This document shows positions 1 to 9,349 of a stretch of DNA of 12,893 nucleotides, piece by piece; positions within the stretch are counted from its first letter, which is position 1; the number at the start of each line of letters is the position of its first letter. Position numbers and translations under genes: made by a program. The notes under the pieces were generated by a model. It was not told where the DNA came from and searched no databases. It saw only the letters and a list, made by a program, of their open reading frames with translations. The stretch lies in contig CAXHJY010000433.1 of the NCBI GenBank assembly GCA_964016885.1, positions 1-12,893 on the forward strand, read 5' to 3'. The DNA is from Eledone cirrhosa (taxonomy: Eukaryota).

Positions 1-97
1 CGCTAACGTGGATAAAAGATTAAAGATTTTTATTATTCCAAAGAGTTTGTTACACGGAAGAGAGTTTACAGAGGATTGAAAATAACAACAACAAGAA

Positions 98-390
98 CAA
101 TACACAGACACACACATACATATGCAGGAATATTTTCACGAACACACACATGTATGCAAGCAAAATTTGACACACACACACACATGCATACTTTCATACA
201 CACACACACACACAGAAACATGCATGCATATTTTCACACATACATGCATACCTGGACACATATATACGCTCTACATACATACTTTCATACACATGCATAC
301 TTTCACACATGCATGCACACACACATAATTTGACATATACACGTGCATACTTGCCCTCACATACATGTAATGCATACTTGCACTCACACA
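98..390. repeat. Degenerate (CA)n/(TACA)/(TGCA) compound microsatellite
   Basis: Continuous cacacaca/catacat/catgcat runs, with a recurring sub-motif (c)atactttca(t/c)ac. The His/Thr-rich ORFs here are read-through of the repeat. Confidence 0.9.
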
Positions 391-405
391 GGTCAAAACA
401 TAGCT

Positions 406-735
406 CCACTACCAACACCACCACCACAAACACCATCACCATCAACACCACCACAAACATCACCATCTCCATCATGAATAGCATTACTGCTGCCAACATC
501 TCCATCCCCAATACTATTACTGCTGCCATCACCACCATAAACATCATCACCCTCATTACCATCATCATCATCAACACCACTACAAACACCATCACCATCA
601 TGACCACCATCAACACTACCACAAACACCATCAGCATCAACACCACTACAAACACCATCACCATCACCATCAACACTACCACAAACACCATCAGCATCAA
701 CACCACTACAAACACCATCACCACTACCATCATTA
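406..735. repeat. Trinucleotide-derived (ACC/ATC/AAC) minisatellite with a ~27-bp unit and a 60-bp higher-order duplication
   Basis: The unit caacaccactacaaacaccatcaccat recurs. Positions 605-663 are identical to 665-723. Confidence 0.9.
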
Positions 736-1476
736 TCAAAACACAAATAATCCAAATCTTTCCAAATTCTTTCAAGCATGCAACAAACAGAAGCAAAGTT
801 AACAGCCACAATAAGTAACCTTATGAAAGAAACAATTCTGCTCAGCATCATAATTATTATCATTATTATTAATATTATTATCAGTTTTTTTTAGTTTTTT
901 TTACATTTTTATTTCATTTTTCTTCCATTTTTTAAATCATGTACATGGTTGCATGGTTGGTTGGTTGGTTGGTTATTTTATTATAATATAATTTTTTTTT
1001 TGTATATTTTTTTCTGTTTTATTATATTTTATTTTATTTTATTTCATTTCATTTTATTTATTCTGTATACAAAGGCCAACCTTTAAGTCAGCTCTACAAA
1101 GGTAAATGGAACTCAATCAACAAGTCAACCATGAAGAAATTAATAACAAACAATCTTTGAATTGAAAAAAAGTTCTGTTACGCTTCGCTTTGTTTGTCAT
1201 CAATACAATATTTCAATATTTGTTGTTGCAATATTGGTATAAGATATGAAACCCATTGTGTTTAATATTTGTGTATAGAAAGCCTGGCTGGACATTTTTT
1301 TGTGGGGGTTTTGGGACTTGTTCCATAAAGATTAGGAAAATATGTCTCGTTTTTTGTTGGATTTGTTTTCTTGGATATTTGGTTGGTTGTAGAGTTGTTA
1401 ATAGTAATTAATTTAATTTAATTACTCTTGCTTCCAAAATTTGTACTTCTTGTGGTTGTTGTGCATAAGCATTACA

Positions 1477-1583
1477 TAAACATATATACATGTGTATATA
1501 AACAAACATACATATGTGTATATACACACACACATGTAAACACGCATATATATATTTATATGTATATATATATATATATGTAT
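1477..1583. repeat. Compound (TA)/(CA)/(TG) microsatellite
   Basis: Direct reading of the sequence. Confidence 0.9.
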
Positions 1584-1624
1584 AGAAGAATAGGTACACC
1601 ATCTCCCTGCATGTTGTAACAGGC

Positions 1625-1760
1625 AACTAAAAGGGTTAGTACCAGAAAGGGCATATCGCTGTAAAACAATGCCCCCAAAAAGACCCCATGATGAGAATGA
1701 AACCGATCATGGGGCCTGCATGGCTGGCTCTTGTTTTAGCAGAGAAAATGATCTTAAAAA
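1625..1760 (+). mobile_element. Highly degraded SINE-like fragment (family B, aggaagggcatc...gctgtaaaa motif)
   Basis: gggttagtaccagaaagggcatatcgctgtaaaacaatgcc resembles the motif at 12143-12185 and the reverse complements at 9062-9100 and 9301-9337. Confidence 0.4.
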
Positions 1761-1763
1761 ACT

Positions 1764-1787
1764 TGTGTGTGTGTGTGTGTGTATACA

Positions 1788-1818
<31 letters not shown>

Positions 1819-1820
1819 GT
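1764..1820. repeat. (TG)n-(TA)n microsatellite
   Basis: Direct reading of the sequence. Confidence 0.9.
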
Positions 1821-2020
1821 ACCAACATACATAGATTCATTCATGGGTGACCCTGAACTCCTGATAGAACTGTAGGGGGGCACTGTTGTCATCGTTGTGT
1901 TGTGACATATAACATATGGCTGATATTCAGCATTTAAACCTGGTGGAGCCCATCCCTCTCCAGGTCTCAATGCAGCTGATTTCTTCCAGAGAATGAGAGA
2001 GAGAGATAAATGGAGGATCA

Positions 2021-2162
2021 GCCCCAGTATTTAACTGGTACTTTATTTATCAACCTCGAGAAAAGGATGAAAGGTAAAGTAGACCTCAGTGTGCAGGTCA
2101 CTGAAATGATGAATACTGCAAAGCATTCTATCTGATATTTTAAGGACTCTGCCAATTTACCA
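2021..2162 (-). mobile_element. tRNA-derived SINE remnant (family A)
   Basis: Shares the core ccccagt...actggtactttattt(t)atc(g/a)acc...aaggatgaaagg(c/t)aaagt with 5991-6050, 7703-7760 and 11853-11885. The minus-strand head reads ggtaaattggcagagtc..., which is A-box-like. It matches my recollection of abundant octopus SINEs with a gcctttcatcctttcggggtcgataaa..gtaccagt central domain. Confidence 0.75.
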
Positions 2163-2632
2163 CTTATGTACATAGCTATGCACGAATGTCTCTGTAAGTG
2201 TGTGTATGTATGTATGTATATATCATACACACACACACATATATATAGTCAGCCATATGTAAACATAGAAGGCCCAACAAATACCCACAGGTAAGAGACA
2301 AATTGCCTCATATAAATTTACCTGCTGAAGTAGGAAACCACAAGGTAACCTATTATATATTATTATGTAATTAATAAATATATATACATATGTATTTGTA
2401 TATATGTGTATATATGTGAAAATAAAGGAGTGCATACATACAAGCATGCATGAGAGAGAATAAGATCAGTCAACTAAATTCTAAGATTTCTACTAAATAT
2501 TTCCTTTTTTTTAATTTTTTTTTGTTTTGTTCAAAGGTCCATTTTTATGGAAGAGTGATCAGTAATCTGGAAATTTCTGGGGCTTCACAGAATTTCAATA
2601 ATAAATACATTTCAATATTTTATTTTCTGCCT

Positions 2633-2807
2633 GGAGTTGTGACCGGCAGATTATATCCAAAGTCAACCAGAAACATTGTTTCCTTGGTCGGAACTGAAGA
2701 TCAGCTTTTTTCCTTTTATATATATATATATATATATATAAGCAGTGACCAGCAGATAACATCAGCAATGGATAGACTTGGTCTGATCTCATCATCTGTT
2801 CCTTTCT
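2633..2807. repeat. Head-to-tail dimer of an unidentified ~90-bp repeat, split by a (TA)n tract at 2718-2740
   Basis: Units 2633-2717 and 2744-2807 (the second is internally deleted) share gtgacc(g/a)gcagat...cttggtc...atc(a/t)g..t. Both align to 4041-4226. Confidence 0.85.
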
Positions 2808-3597
2808 ATTTTTTTTTAAGGCTTCCATTTAAAAAAAACTGACCATTTTTTCCTAGATATTCTAAAGTAAACAGGAACTAATCAATTCTTAAAATAAATT
2901 AAAAAAAAAAGTTTAATTATGTTATCAATTAATTAAAACATCCACTCTGTTTCATTTCAAACTAGTAAGGCATGTATCATCATCATTATTATTATTGTTA
3001 TTAATATAATAATTATTATTATTTTTATTTTTAATAAATTCTTTTTGGTAAAATTTTTTGAATATTTTTTTTTTTTAAACTTTTTAAAATATTTTTTTTT
3101 TATAATCATTTAACTTTCACCGATAAAGATAAAAAGAAAAACAAAGAACAAAGACCGAAAGAAAAAAAAATATAAAAGATTAGATTGAAGAGGAGTTGGT
3201 TTAAAAAAAAAAAAAATCAACCTATGAAGCATTTTTTTTTTTACTACGGCAGATAGAAAAAAAAAAACAGCCGAAAGTGGGTTCTTTTTTTTGTTGAGTT
3301 TATCATTTGTTTTTTGTTCTTTTTTATCTTTTGGAACTTTCGGCATTTCAAGATAAGATGAATAAAAGAAAAGAGAAAGAGAGATTGCACCATGTCCCCT
3401 GCTCTCTCTCTGTTTCTCCATCTCTTTTTTTTTTTCTCTATCACCAAAATGTGAAGAACATTCTGTTGCACCATGTAAGAAGTTGCAGAAGAAAGCAAGC
3501 CAGGGATTTTAATTCTTTTTCTTTATTTATTTTTTCTTTTCTGTGTCTTTTTGTTATCGTTTTTCTTTTTTTAATAGAGTAATGGGTGTGGTTGTAA

Positions 3598-3606
3598 TTA
3601 TATATG

Positions 3607-3648
<42 letters not shown>

Positions 3649-3860
3649 TACACACACATTATATTATACATGCACAAATGTATACAGTCATGACATGTAT
3701 GTAGAGAAACAGATATATGTGTGTGTGTCTAAATATTATACACACACTCATATATATGTGTATATATTTTATATTTGCACAAATATGTACAGGCAGGCCA
3801 TGTGTATGTATATAAACAAAAATGTTTATATATGTATGTGTGTATATTTATATATAACAC
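3598..3860. repeat. Compound (TA)n/(CA)/(TG) microsatellite field
   Basis: Direct reading of the sequence. Confidence 0.9.
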
Positions 3861-4040
3861 GTGCCAATGAATGTATGTAGGATTAGATACAGCTAGGCAG
3901 AGGATTAGACAAATCTGTAGATTAGGCAAGGGTGAAAAAACCCCCCATCAGAATGGAAATTGAGCAGAAAAGGAGAAGAATAAATACCTCTATTTTTATT
4001 TGGGGGATTCAGGGATTATTTATGTTTCATGTGATAACCA

Positions 4041-4226
4041 GGAGTTGTGACAGGCAGATAGTATCAGCAATAGAAAAGCCAATGGAAACCTAGTTTCCTT
4101 GGTCTGATCTCACGATCGGCTCCTTTCTTCTGCTAGATGTTGTAATCAGCAGATAGTATCAGCAATGGAAAAACCAATGGAAACATTGTTTCCTTGGTCC
4201 GACCTGATGATCAGCACTTTTCCTTT
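4041..4226. repeat. Second head-to-tail dimer of the ~90-bp repeat (95-bp period)
   Basis: gcagatagtatcagcaat(a/g)gaaaa(g/a)ccaatggaaac...gtttccttggtc occurs at 4054 and at 4149. Confidence 0.9.
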
Positions 4227-4271
4227 GATAGCTAGAAATAAACCTTCATTCTGTACCACCTCTCTATACTT

Positions 4272-4583
4272 TTAAACTGTTATTCCATGCCATCACTATA
4301 TACTGTTAATCTGTTATTCTGTACCAGATATAAACTGTTATTCCATACCAGATATATATTAAACTGTTATTCCGTACTAGATATATACCATTAAACTGTT
4401 ATTCCATACCAGATATATACCATTAAACTGTTATTCCATAGCAGATATATACAATTAAACTGTTATTCCATAGCAGGTATGTACCATTAAACTGTTATGT
4501 ACCAGATATATACCATTAAACTGCTATTCCATAGCAGATATATACTGTTAAACTGTTATTCGGTTCCATCACTATATATTGTT
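4272..4583. repeat. 32-bp minisatellite, about 10 units
   Basis: Consensus ttaaactgttattccataccagatatatacca. The aaactgttatt-like core recurs about 10 times, e.g. at 4393, 4425, 4457 and 4489. Confidence 0.95.
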
Positions 4584-4794
4584 CGAGTAACGACCCTCGT
4601 TTTTCATTTGGTAGTTGTGGTAGTGGTGATAGGGGTGGAGTGATGAGAGTGGGGATTAAACAAGGGACAACCCTCTCCTTTAGTCACACACAGACACACA
4701 CTAATGGACTAAGATACAAGATAGAAACCTTCAACCAGACAGGAAGAGAGAGACATAGGTTAGGTAAAACAACAATATACAAAAATCAGATTGC

Positions 4795-4819
4795 AAAAAA
4801 AAAAAAAAAAAAAAAAAAA
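4795..4819. repeat. Poly(A) run
   Basis: About 25 consecutive A residues. Confidence 0.9.
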
Positions 4820-4990
4820 TTAAGGATATTTTTCTTCTAATTATTTTTAAAGAGTTGTTTTTTCAGCTTCAATATTTTCAGAAACAATTTATTTATCGTT
4901 GTGCAACAAAGTTTTGTTTTGTTCATATTTTTTACAAAATTGATGAAATAGATCGGAAAAAAAAAGAAAGAAAAAAAGTATCATTTTTGT

Positions 4991-5150
4991 CACACACACA
5001 CACGCATTATATATATATATATATATATGTAATATATATATATATATACACATATAGTATTGACACATACATATTATATATATTATTGTTTTTGTCTATT
5101 TTAAAGAACAAATGCTCAAATACACTATTTTGTTGTGTTTGAAAAGCCTG

Positions 5151-5185
<35 letters not shown>
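4991..5185. repeat. (CA)n/(TA)n microsatellites
   Basis: Tracts at about 4991-5085 and 5151-5185. Confidence 0.85.
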
Positions 5186-5608
5186 ACGTTTGTCATATGT
5201 AAAGTAAACAAGATTATATATCCAGCAGGCTTAAAAAATTTCGTCTAATTGACTATTTACTCACCAGTGGTTTTATTCTCCTTCTAACACCAATAAGTAT
5301 AGCTGACCATAAAACAATAATACTGTGGATTGATCTAAAGCATTTTATGCTGCAGGTATAATCCTGCTTAGCTTTAAATATAGCAAACATACACACACGT
5401 GTGTATATATGTTGGTTTGCTTGTGTGTGAGTATGTATACAGGTATTAATATATAAAAAAGTATGAAAAGTGACCAAAATTGGGGTGGTGGTGTAGGAAG
5501 GTGGTGGGCTCAAGGAAAAGAGGGAAAAACAATGGTAAAAAATAAAGAATTAATAAATATATGGCAATTTATGGCCAAAATAATGAGAATGTGAGTGGTA
5601 GAGGAAAG

Positions 5609-5656
5609 GTAGATATAGATAGACTGATAGCTAGATAGATAAGTGTGTTAGAGAAG

Positions 5657-5695
<39 letters not shown>

Positions 5696-5822
5696 AAGAG
5701 AGATAAACTGATAGATAGGTAGATAAATAGTGATAGATAGGTACATAGATAGTGATGCAGTAAGATAGATAGGTATATAGTAATGAATAGACAGACAGAC
5801 AGATAAAGAGTTATAGTTAGAT
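5609..5822. repeat. Degenerate (GATA)n/(GACA)n tetranucleotide repeat with an embedded pure (TA)n at 5659-5691
   Basis: Direct reading of the sequence. Confidence 0.85.
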
Positions 5823-5904
5823 TAAGAGTAGCAGAAGGAGAATTAAGGAATTTTTCAAAACAGTAAATATTACCAATAGATAAAGTAAAGTATTTTTATC
5901 GAAA

Positions 5905-6118
5905 TGATGATGAAGATGATGATGATGATAATGGTTTCTGATTTAGGCCCAAGGCCAACAGTTTTGGGAGAGGGGAAGTCGATTAAATCGACCCCAATGC
6001 ATTACTGGTACTTTATTTTATCAATCCCGTCAGAATAAAAATCAAAGCTAACCTCAGAACGTAAAGGGATGTAACTATATGCTGCAAAGTGTGTTGTCCG
6101 ACTCTCCACCAATACTGT
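5905..6118 (-). mobile_element. Near full-length tRNA-derived SINE (family A) with an (ATC)n tail
   Basis: The minus strand reads ...ctttacgttctgag...gataaaataaagtaccagtaatgcattggggtcgatttaatcgacttcccctctcccaaaactgttggccttgggcctaaatcagaaacc followed by an attatcatcatc tail (5905-5932). The core is shared with three other copies in the window. Confidence 0.8.
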
Positions 6119-6378
6119 GAATAATAAGGATCACTTATTTTGACACAGGGTAAAAAAAATGTAGAGGGAGTAGGCAAGTTGAGGTATAATTATAGATGAA
6201 GTCAATTCCCCAATTGCCACCTTGGTTAAGTATTTTCATTGATGCTTATTTCTATCACCACATGCCCCAGCCATCTCCAAGAAAAAGATGAACAGCAAGC
6301 AGGATCCTGGTGACAATGTGGACTGACACCAACAATAAAAAGCAATGTAACTAATTACTGCTCAGCATTTTCTTTACC

Positions 6379-7374
<996 letters not shown>

Positions 7375-7390
7375 GTGGTAAAAAAACTAA

Positions 7391-7671
7391 AAGGTTGTAT
7401 CTGAAGTTGGTAGAGAACTCAGTCCAAACGACAAGTTCGGTATAGAGTTAGTTCCACAACAAATTAGCAAACCACATTCAAGGGTTCAAAATCCCTTCAG
7501 TGAAACACGTGTCCTCGAATATAATTTACTAATATACATATGGTTCCCCTCTCATATCAATCATCATCATCTGATCCCCATAAATGTCTATACTCTATGT
7601 AATCTATCCTTGTAATGTCTCATATATCTGGTGCCCTTGTGGCAAGTAAATGAAATCACTTTTATTATAAT
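7391..7671 (+). mobile_element. Possible 3' remnant of a non-LTR retrotransposon
   Basis: High-complexity island abutting the TA array. It has a start-less 74-codon open frame (7391-7615) and ends in gcccttgtggcaagtaaatgaaat plus an ATT-rich tail. No protein motif recognised. Confidence 0.3.
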
Positions 7672-7760
7672 TGTTTCTACTTTTGGCACAAGGCCAGCAA
7701 TTACCCAGTGCATTACTGGTACTTTATTTTATCGACCCCGTAAGGATGAAAGGCAAAGTT
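7672..7760 (-). mobile_element. 5'-truncated, internally deleted SINE family A copy flanked by an 18-bp direct repeat
   Basis: Contains cccagtgcattactggtactttattttatcgaccccgtaaggatgaaaggcaaagt. AATCACTTTTATTATAAT occurs at both 7654-7671 and 7761-7778. Confidence 0.8.
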
Positions 7761-7789
7761 AATCACTTTTATTATAATGATGTTTCTTT

Positions 7790-7829
<40 letters not shown>

Positions 7830-7839
<10 letters not shown>

Positions 7840-7988
7840 CGTAAAATAAGAAAATTATAAAATTAACTTACTTACTAAAATATCACTTCCAACTAATTAG
7901 TTTCTGGAATGGAATAAATATATTTTCCGAAGTTATATTTTAGTAAGTAAGTTAATTTTATAATTTTCTTATTTTACGTCTCTCATAT
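7830..7988. repeat. 60-bp inverted repeat (59/60 match) with a 39-bp spacer
   Basis: 7830-7889 is the reverse complement of 7929-7988 with one mismatch. Confidence 0.97.
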
Positions 7989-8258
7989 TATTGTTCTGCA
8001 ACCACAAAGTTACTAAGACAAAACCTATATATTTGCTAGCATTGATATGCATCTGTATGTATATATATGTTACTAGATATTAATTCTTTATATATATATA
8101 TATATATATATATATGTTAAGTATTTCCGTAGAAAGGGTAAAGGAAAGAAGAGTGCTCTATGTAGAGTACAGAGCTATTTAATTACATAATAAACAACAC
8201 AATAAATTATTCCATTACCAAAGGTTTCAGGAGACTAGAAACGTCCAGTGCGTTCATC

Positions 8259-8378
8259 TGGAGAAAATGCACATGTTTGTGTGTGAGTGTGTCTGTATAT
8301 ATATATATATATATACATATATACACACACACATATATATATACACACACTCACACACAAACATGTGCATTTTCTCCA
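8259..8378. repeat. Perfect 34-bp inverted repeat around a TA/CA microsatellite spacer
   Basis: 8259-8292 (TGGAGAAAATGCACATGTTTGTGTGTGAGTGTGT) is the exact reverse complement of 8345-8378. Confidence 0.95.
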
Positions 8379-8449
8379 AAATATCTTTTTCCTCTTCCTT
8401 GTTCTTCTCACTATTATCTTTCTATTTCATCTTTTATTTCTCATTCTAC

Positions 8450-8483
8450 CTTCTGATGAAGGACTAGAGTCTGAAATGTTAAG
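8450..8483 (+). ncRNA. Decayed minimal type I hammerhead ribozyme (PLE type)
   Basis: The sequence parses as CTT-[CTGATGA]-A-GGAC(TAGA)GTCT-[GAAA]-TG-TT-AAG. This gives both core boxes, a 4-bp stem II and a 3-bp stem I (CTT/AAG). Two C>T changes at CpG would restore ...GTCCGAAACGTT. Confidence 0.55.
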
Positions 8484-8614
8484 ACTCTTTTCCTACTACA
8501 TCAAGTGTTAAACTAATATATTTCTTCATTGTACTGTATTGTTTAGTTTGTTATTTATGTTTACTTTTCAGATACGTGTGTGTGTGTGTGTGTGTATATA
8601 TGCAATGTGTATAT

Positions 8615-8703
8615 GTGACGAGTGGAGACATGCTGTGCTGAATAAGACCCGCCCCACCCTTGCGAGCAGGGAAGAGCGGTCGTTAAATGATGATGATGAT
8701 GAT
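8615..8703 (+). mobile_element. Extreme 3' end of an RTE-clade LINE with a (GAT)n tail
   Basis: Translates DEWRHAVLNKTRP, resembling the C-terminal DRxxWRxxV motif of RTE-type ORFs. It is followed by ...cgttaaatgatgatgatgat. The same tail occurs at 8962-9000 (-), 9241-9280 (-) and 12362-12420 (+). Confidence 0.6.
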
Positions 8704-8747
8704 ATATATATACATATATATATCATCGGGATCATCATGATTGTAAC

Positions 8748-8782
<35 letters not shown>

Positions 8783-8910
8783 CACACAGATATATGTGTA
8801 TACATATACACACACACATATGTACATGTACGTGTGTGTATATATATATGTGTTTATATACACACATGTATAAATTTTAGACACTTGTGTATATATATAT
8901 ATACATATAC

Positions 8911-8956
<46 letters not shown>

Positions 8957-8960
8957 GTGT
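8748..8960. repeat. Compound (TA)/(CA)/(TG) microsatellite field
   Basis: Direct reading. It includes a quasi-palindromic ac(gt)7(at)10(ac)6gt at 8909-8958. Confidence 0.9.
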
Positions 8961-8961
8961 G

Positions 8962-9100
8962 CATCATCATTTAACATTTGTTTACCATGCTTGCATGGAT
9001 TAAACTGGTTGTCACATTATGAAACATGCAAGATCAAGAGCATGCCATGTGGATCTGTATTTTGGCTTGGTTTCTATGGCTAGATGCCCTTCCTAACACT
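8962..9100 (-). mobile_element. SINE family B 3' half with an RTE-like tail
   Basis: The minus strand reads gtgttaggaagggcatctagccatagaaaccaagcc...atccatgcaagcatggtaaacaaatgttaaatgatgatg. Confidence 0.7.
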
Positions 9101-9102
9101 AA

Positions 9103-9240
9103 TGTATGTGTGTATATATATTTATACACATATACATGTGTATATATATATATATATATACACATATACATGTGTGTATATATATATATATATATATACA
9201 CATATATGTGTATATATATGTATATATTTGTATATATATA
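9103..9240. repeat. Compound (TA)n/(CA)/(TG) microsatellite
   Basis: Direct reading of the sequence. Confidence 0.9.
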
Positions 9241-9340
9241 GTCATTGCTTTTAAATCCATTTTGCCATGTCAGCATGGGTCAGAAGAGACTTTTTGAGGT
9301 AGTTCTTCTGTCCAGATGCCCTTCCTGACACCAACCCATA
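9241..9340 (-). mobile_element. SINE family B short copy
   Basis: The minus strand reads gggttggtgtcaggaagggcatctggacag...gacccatgctgacatggcaaaatggatttaaaa, with the same motif order as 8962-9100. Confidence 0.65.
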
Positions 9341-9349
9341 CTTCATCAA

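Larger units (their letters stand above)
7794..8572. mobile_element. Probable Penelope-like element pseudo-LTR remnants between (TA)n tracts
   Basis: Segments are bounded by (TA)n at 7794-7833 and 8089-8115 and contain partial inverted duplications plus a minimal hammerhead core. This combination is characteristic of PLE pLTRs. No RT or GIY-YIG coding sequence is seen. Confidence 0.5.

Noticed and set aside
194-818. Thr/Ile/Asn mucin-like ORF (+309..818) and Val/Met hydrophobic ORF (-194..811)
   Set aside because: They are read-through of CA and ACC/ATC repeats, overlap on both strands, and show no domain or splice support.
946-974. (GGTT)n run as a telomere-like or G-quadruplex motif
   Set aside because: It is a short ordinary tetranucleotide microsatellite, not TTAGGG, and has only GG doublets.
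1684-1714. Hairpin CCCCATGAT/ATCATGGGG containing ATGATGA...GAAAC (hammerhead-like or C-box-like)
   Set aside because: There is no C3 and no real stem II for a hammerhead, and no suitably placed D box with a terminal stem for a snoRNA. A 9-bp stem inside a decayed SINE is unremarkable.
2660-4215. Hammerhead reading of the ~90-bp module (GAAAC-att-GTT followed by CTGAAGA or CTGATGA)
   Set aside because: The core words are present in two copies, but I could not form stem II or a properly registered stem I, within or across units. The other two copies have CTCA in place of CTGA.
4272-4583. CRISPR-like periodic array
   Set aside because: The units are contiguous with no unique spacers, the context is eukaryotic, and there are no cas genes. 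The same applies to 9608-9858.
5253-5380. Strong minus-strand donor TG|GTGAGT at about 5258-5265 suggesting an exon
   Set aside because: No convincing upstream acceptor with a pyrimidine tract and no recognisable peptide. A lone donor hexamer is expected by chance in 13 kb.
8540-8575. Good-looking splice acceptor tttacttttcAG
   Set aside because: It is followed immediately by (TG)n and an RTE tail, with no plausible exon.
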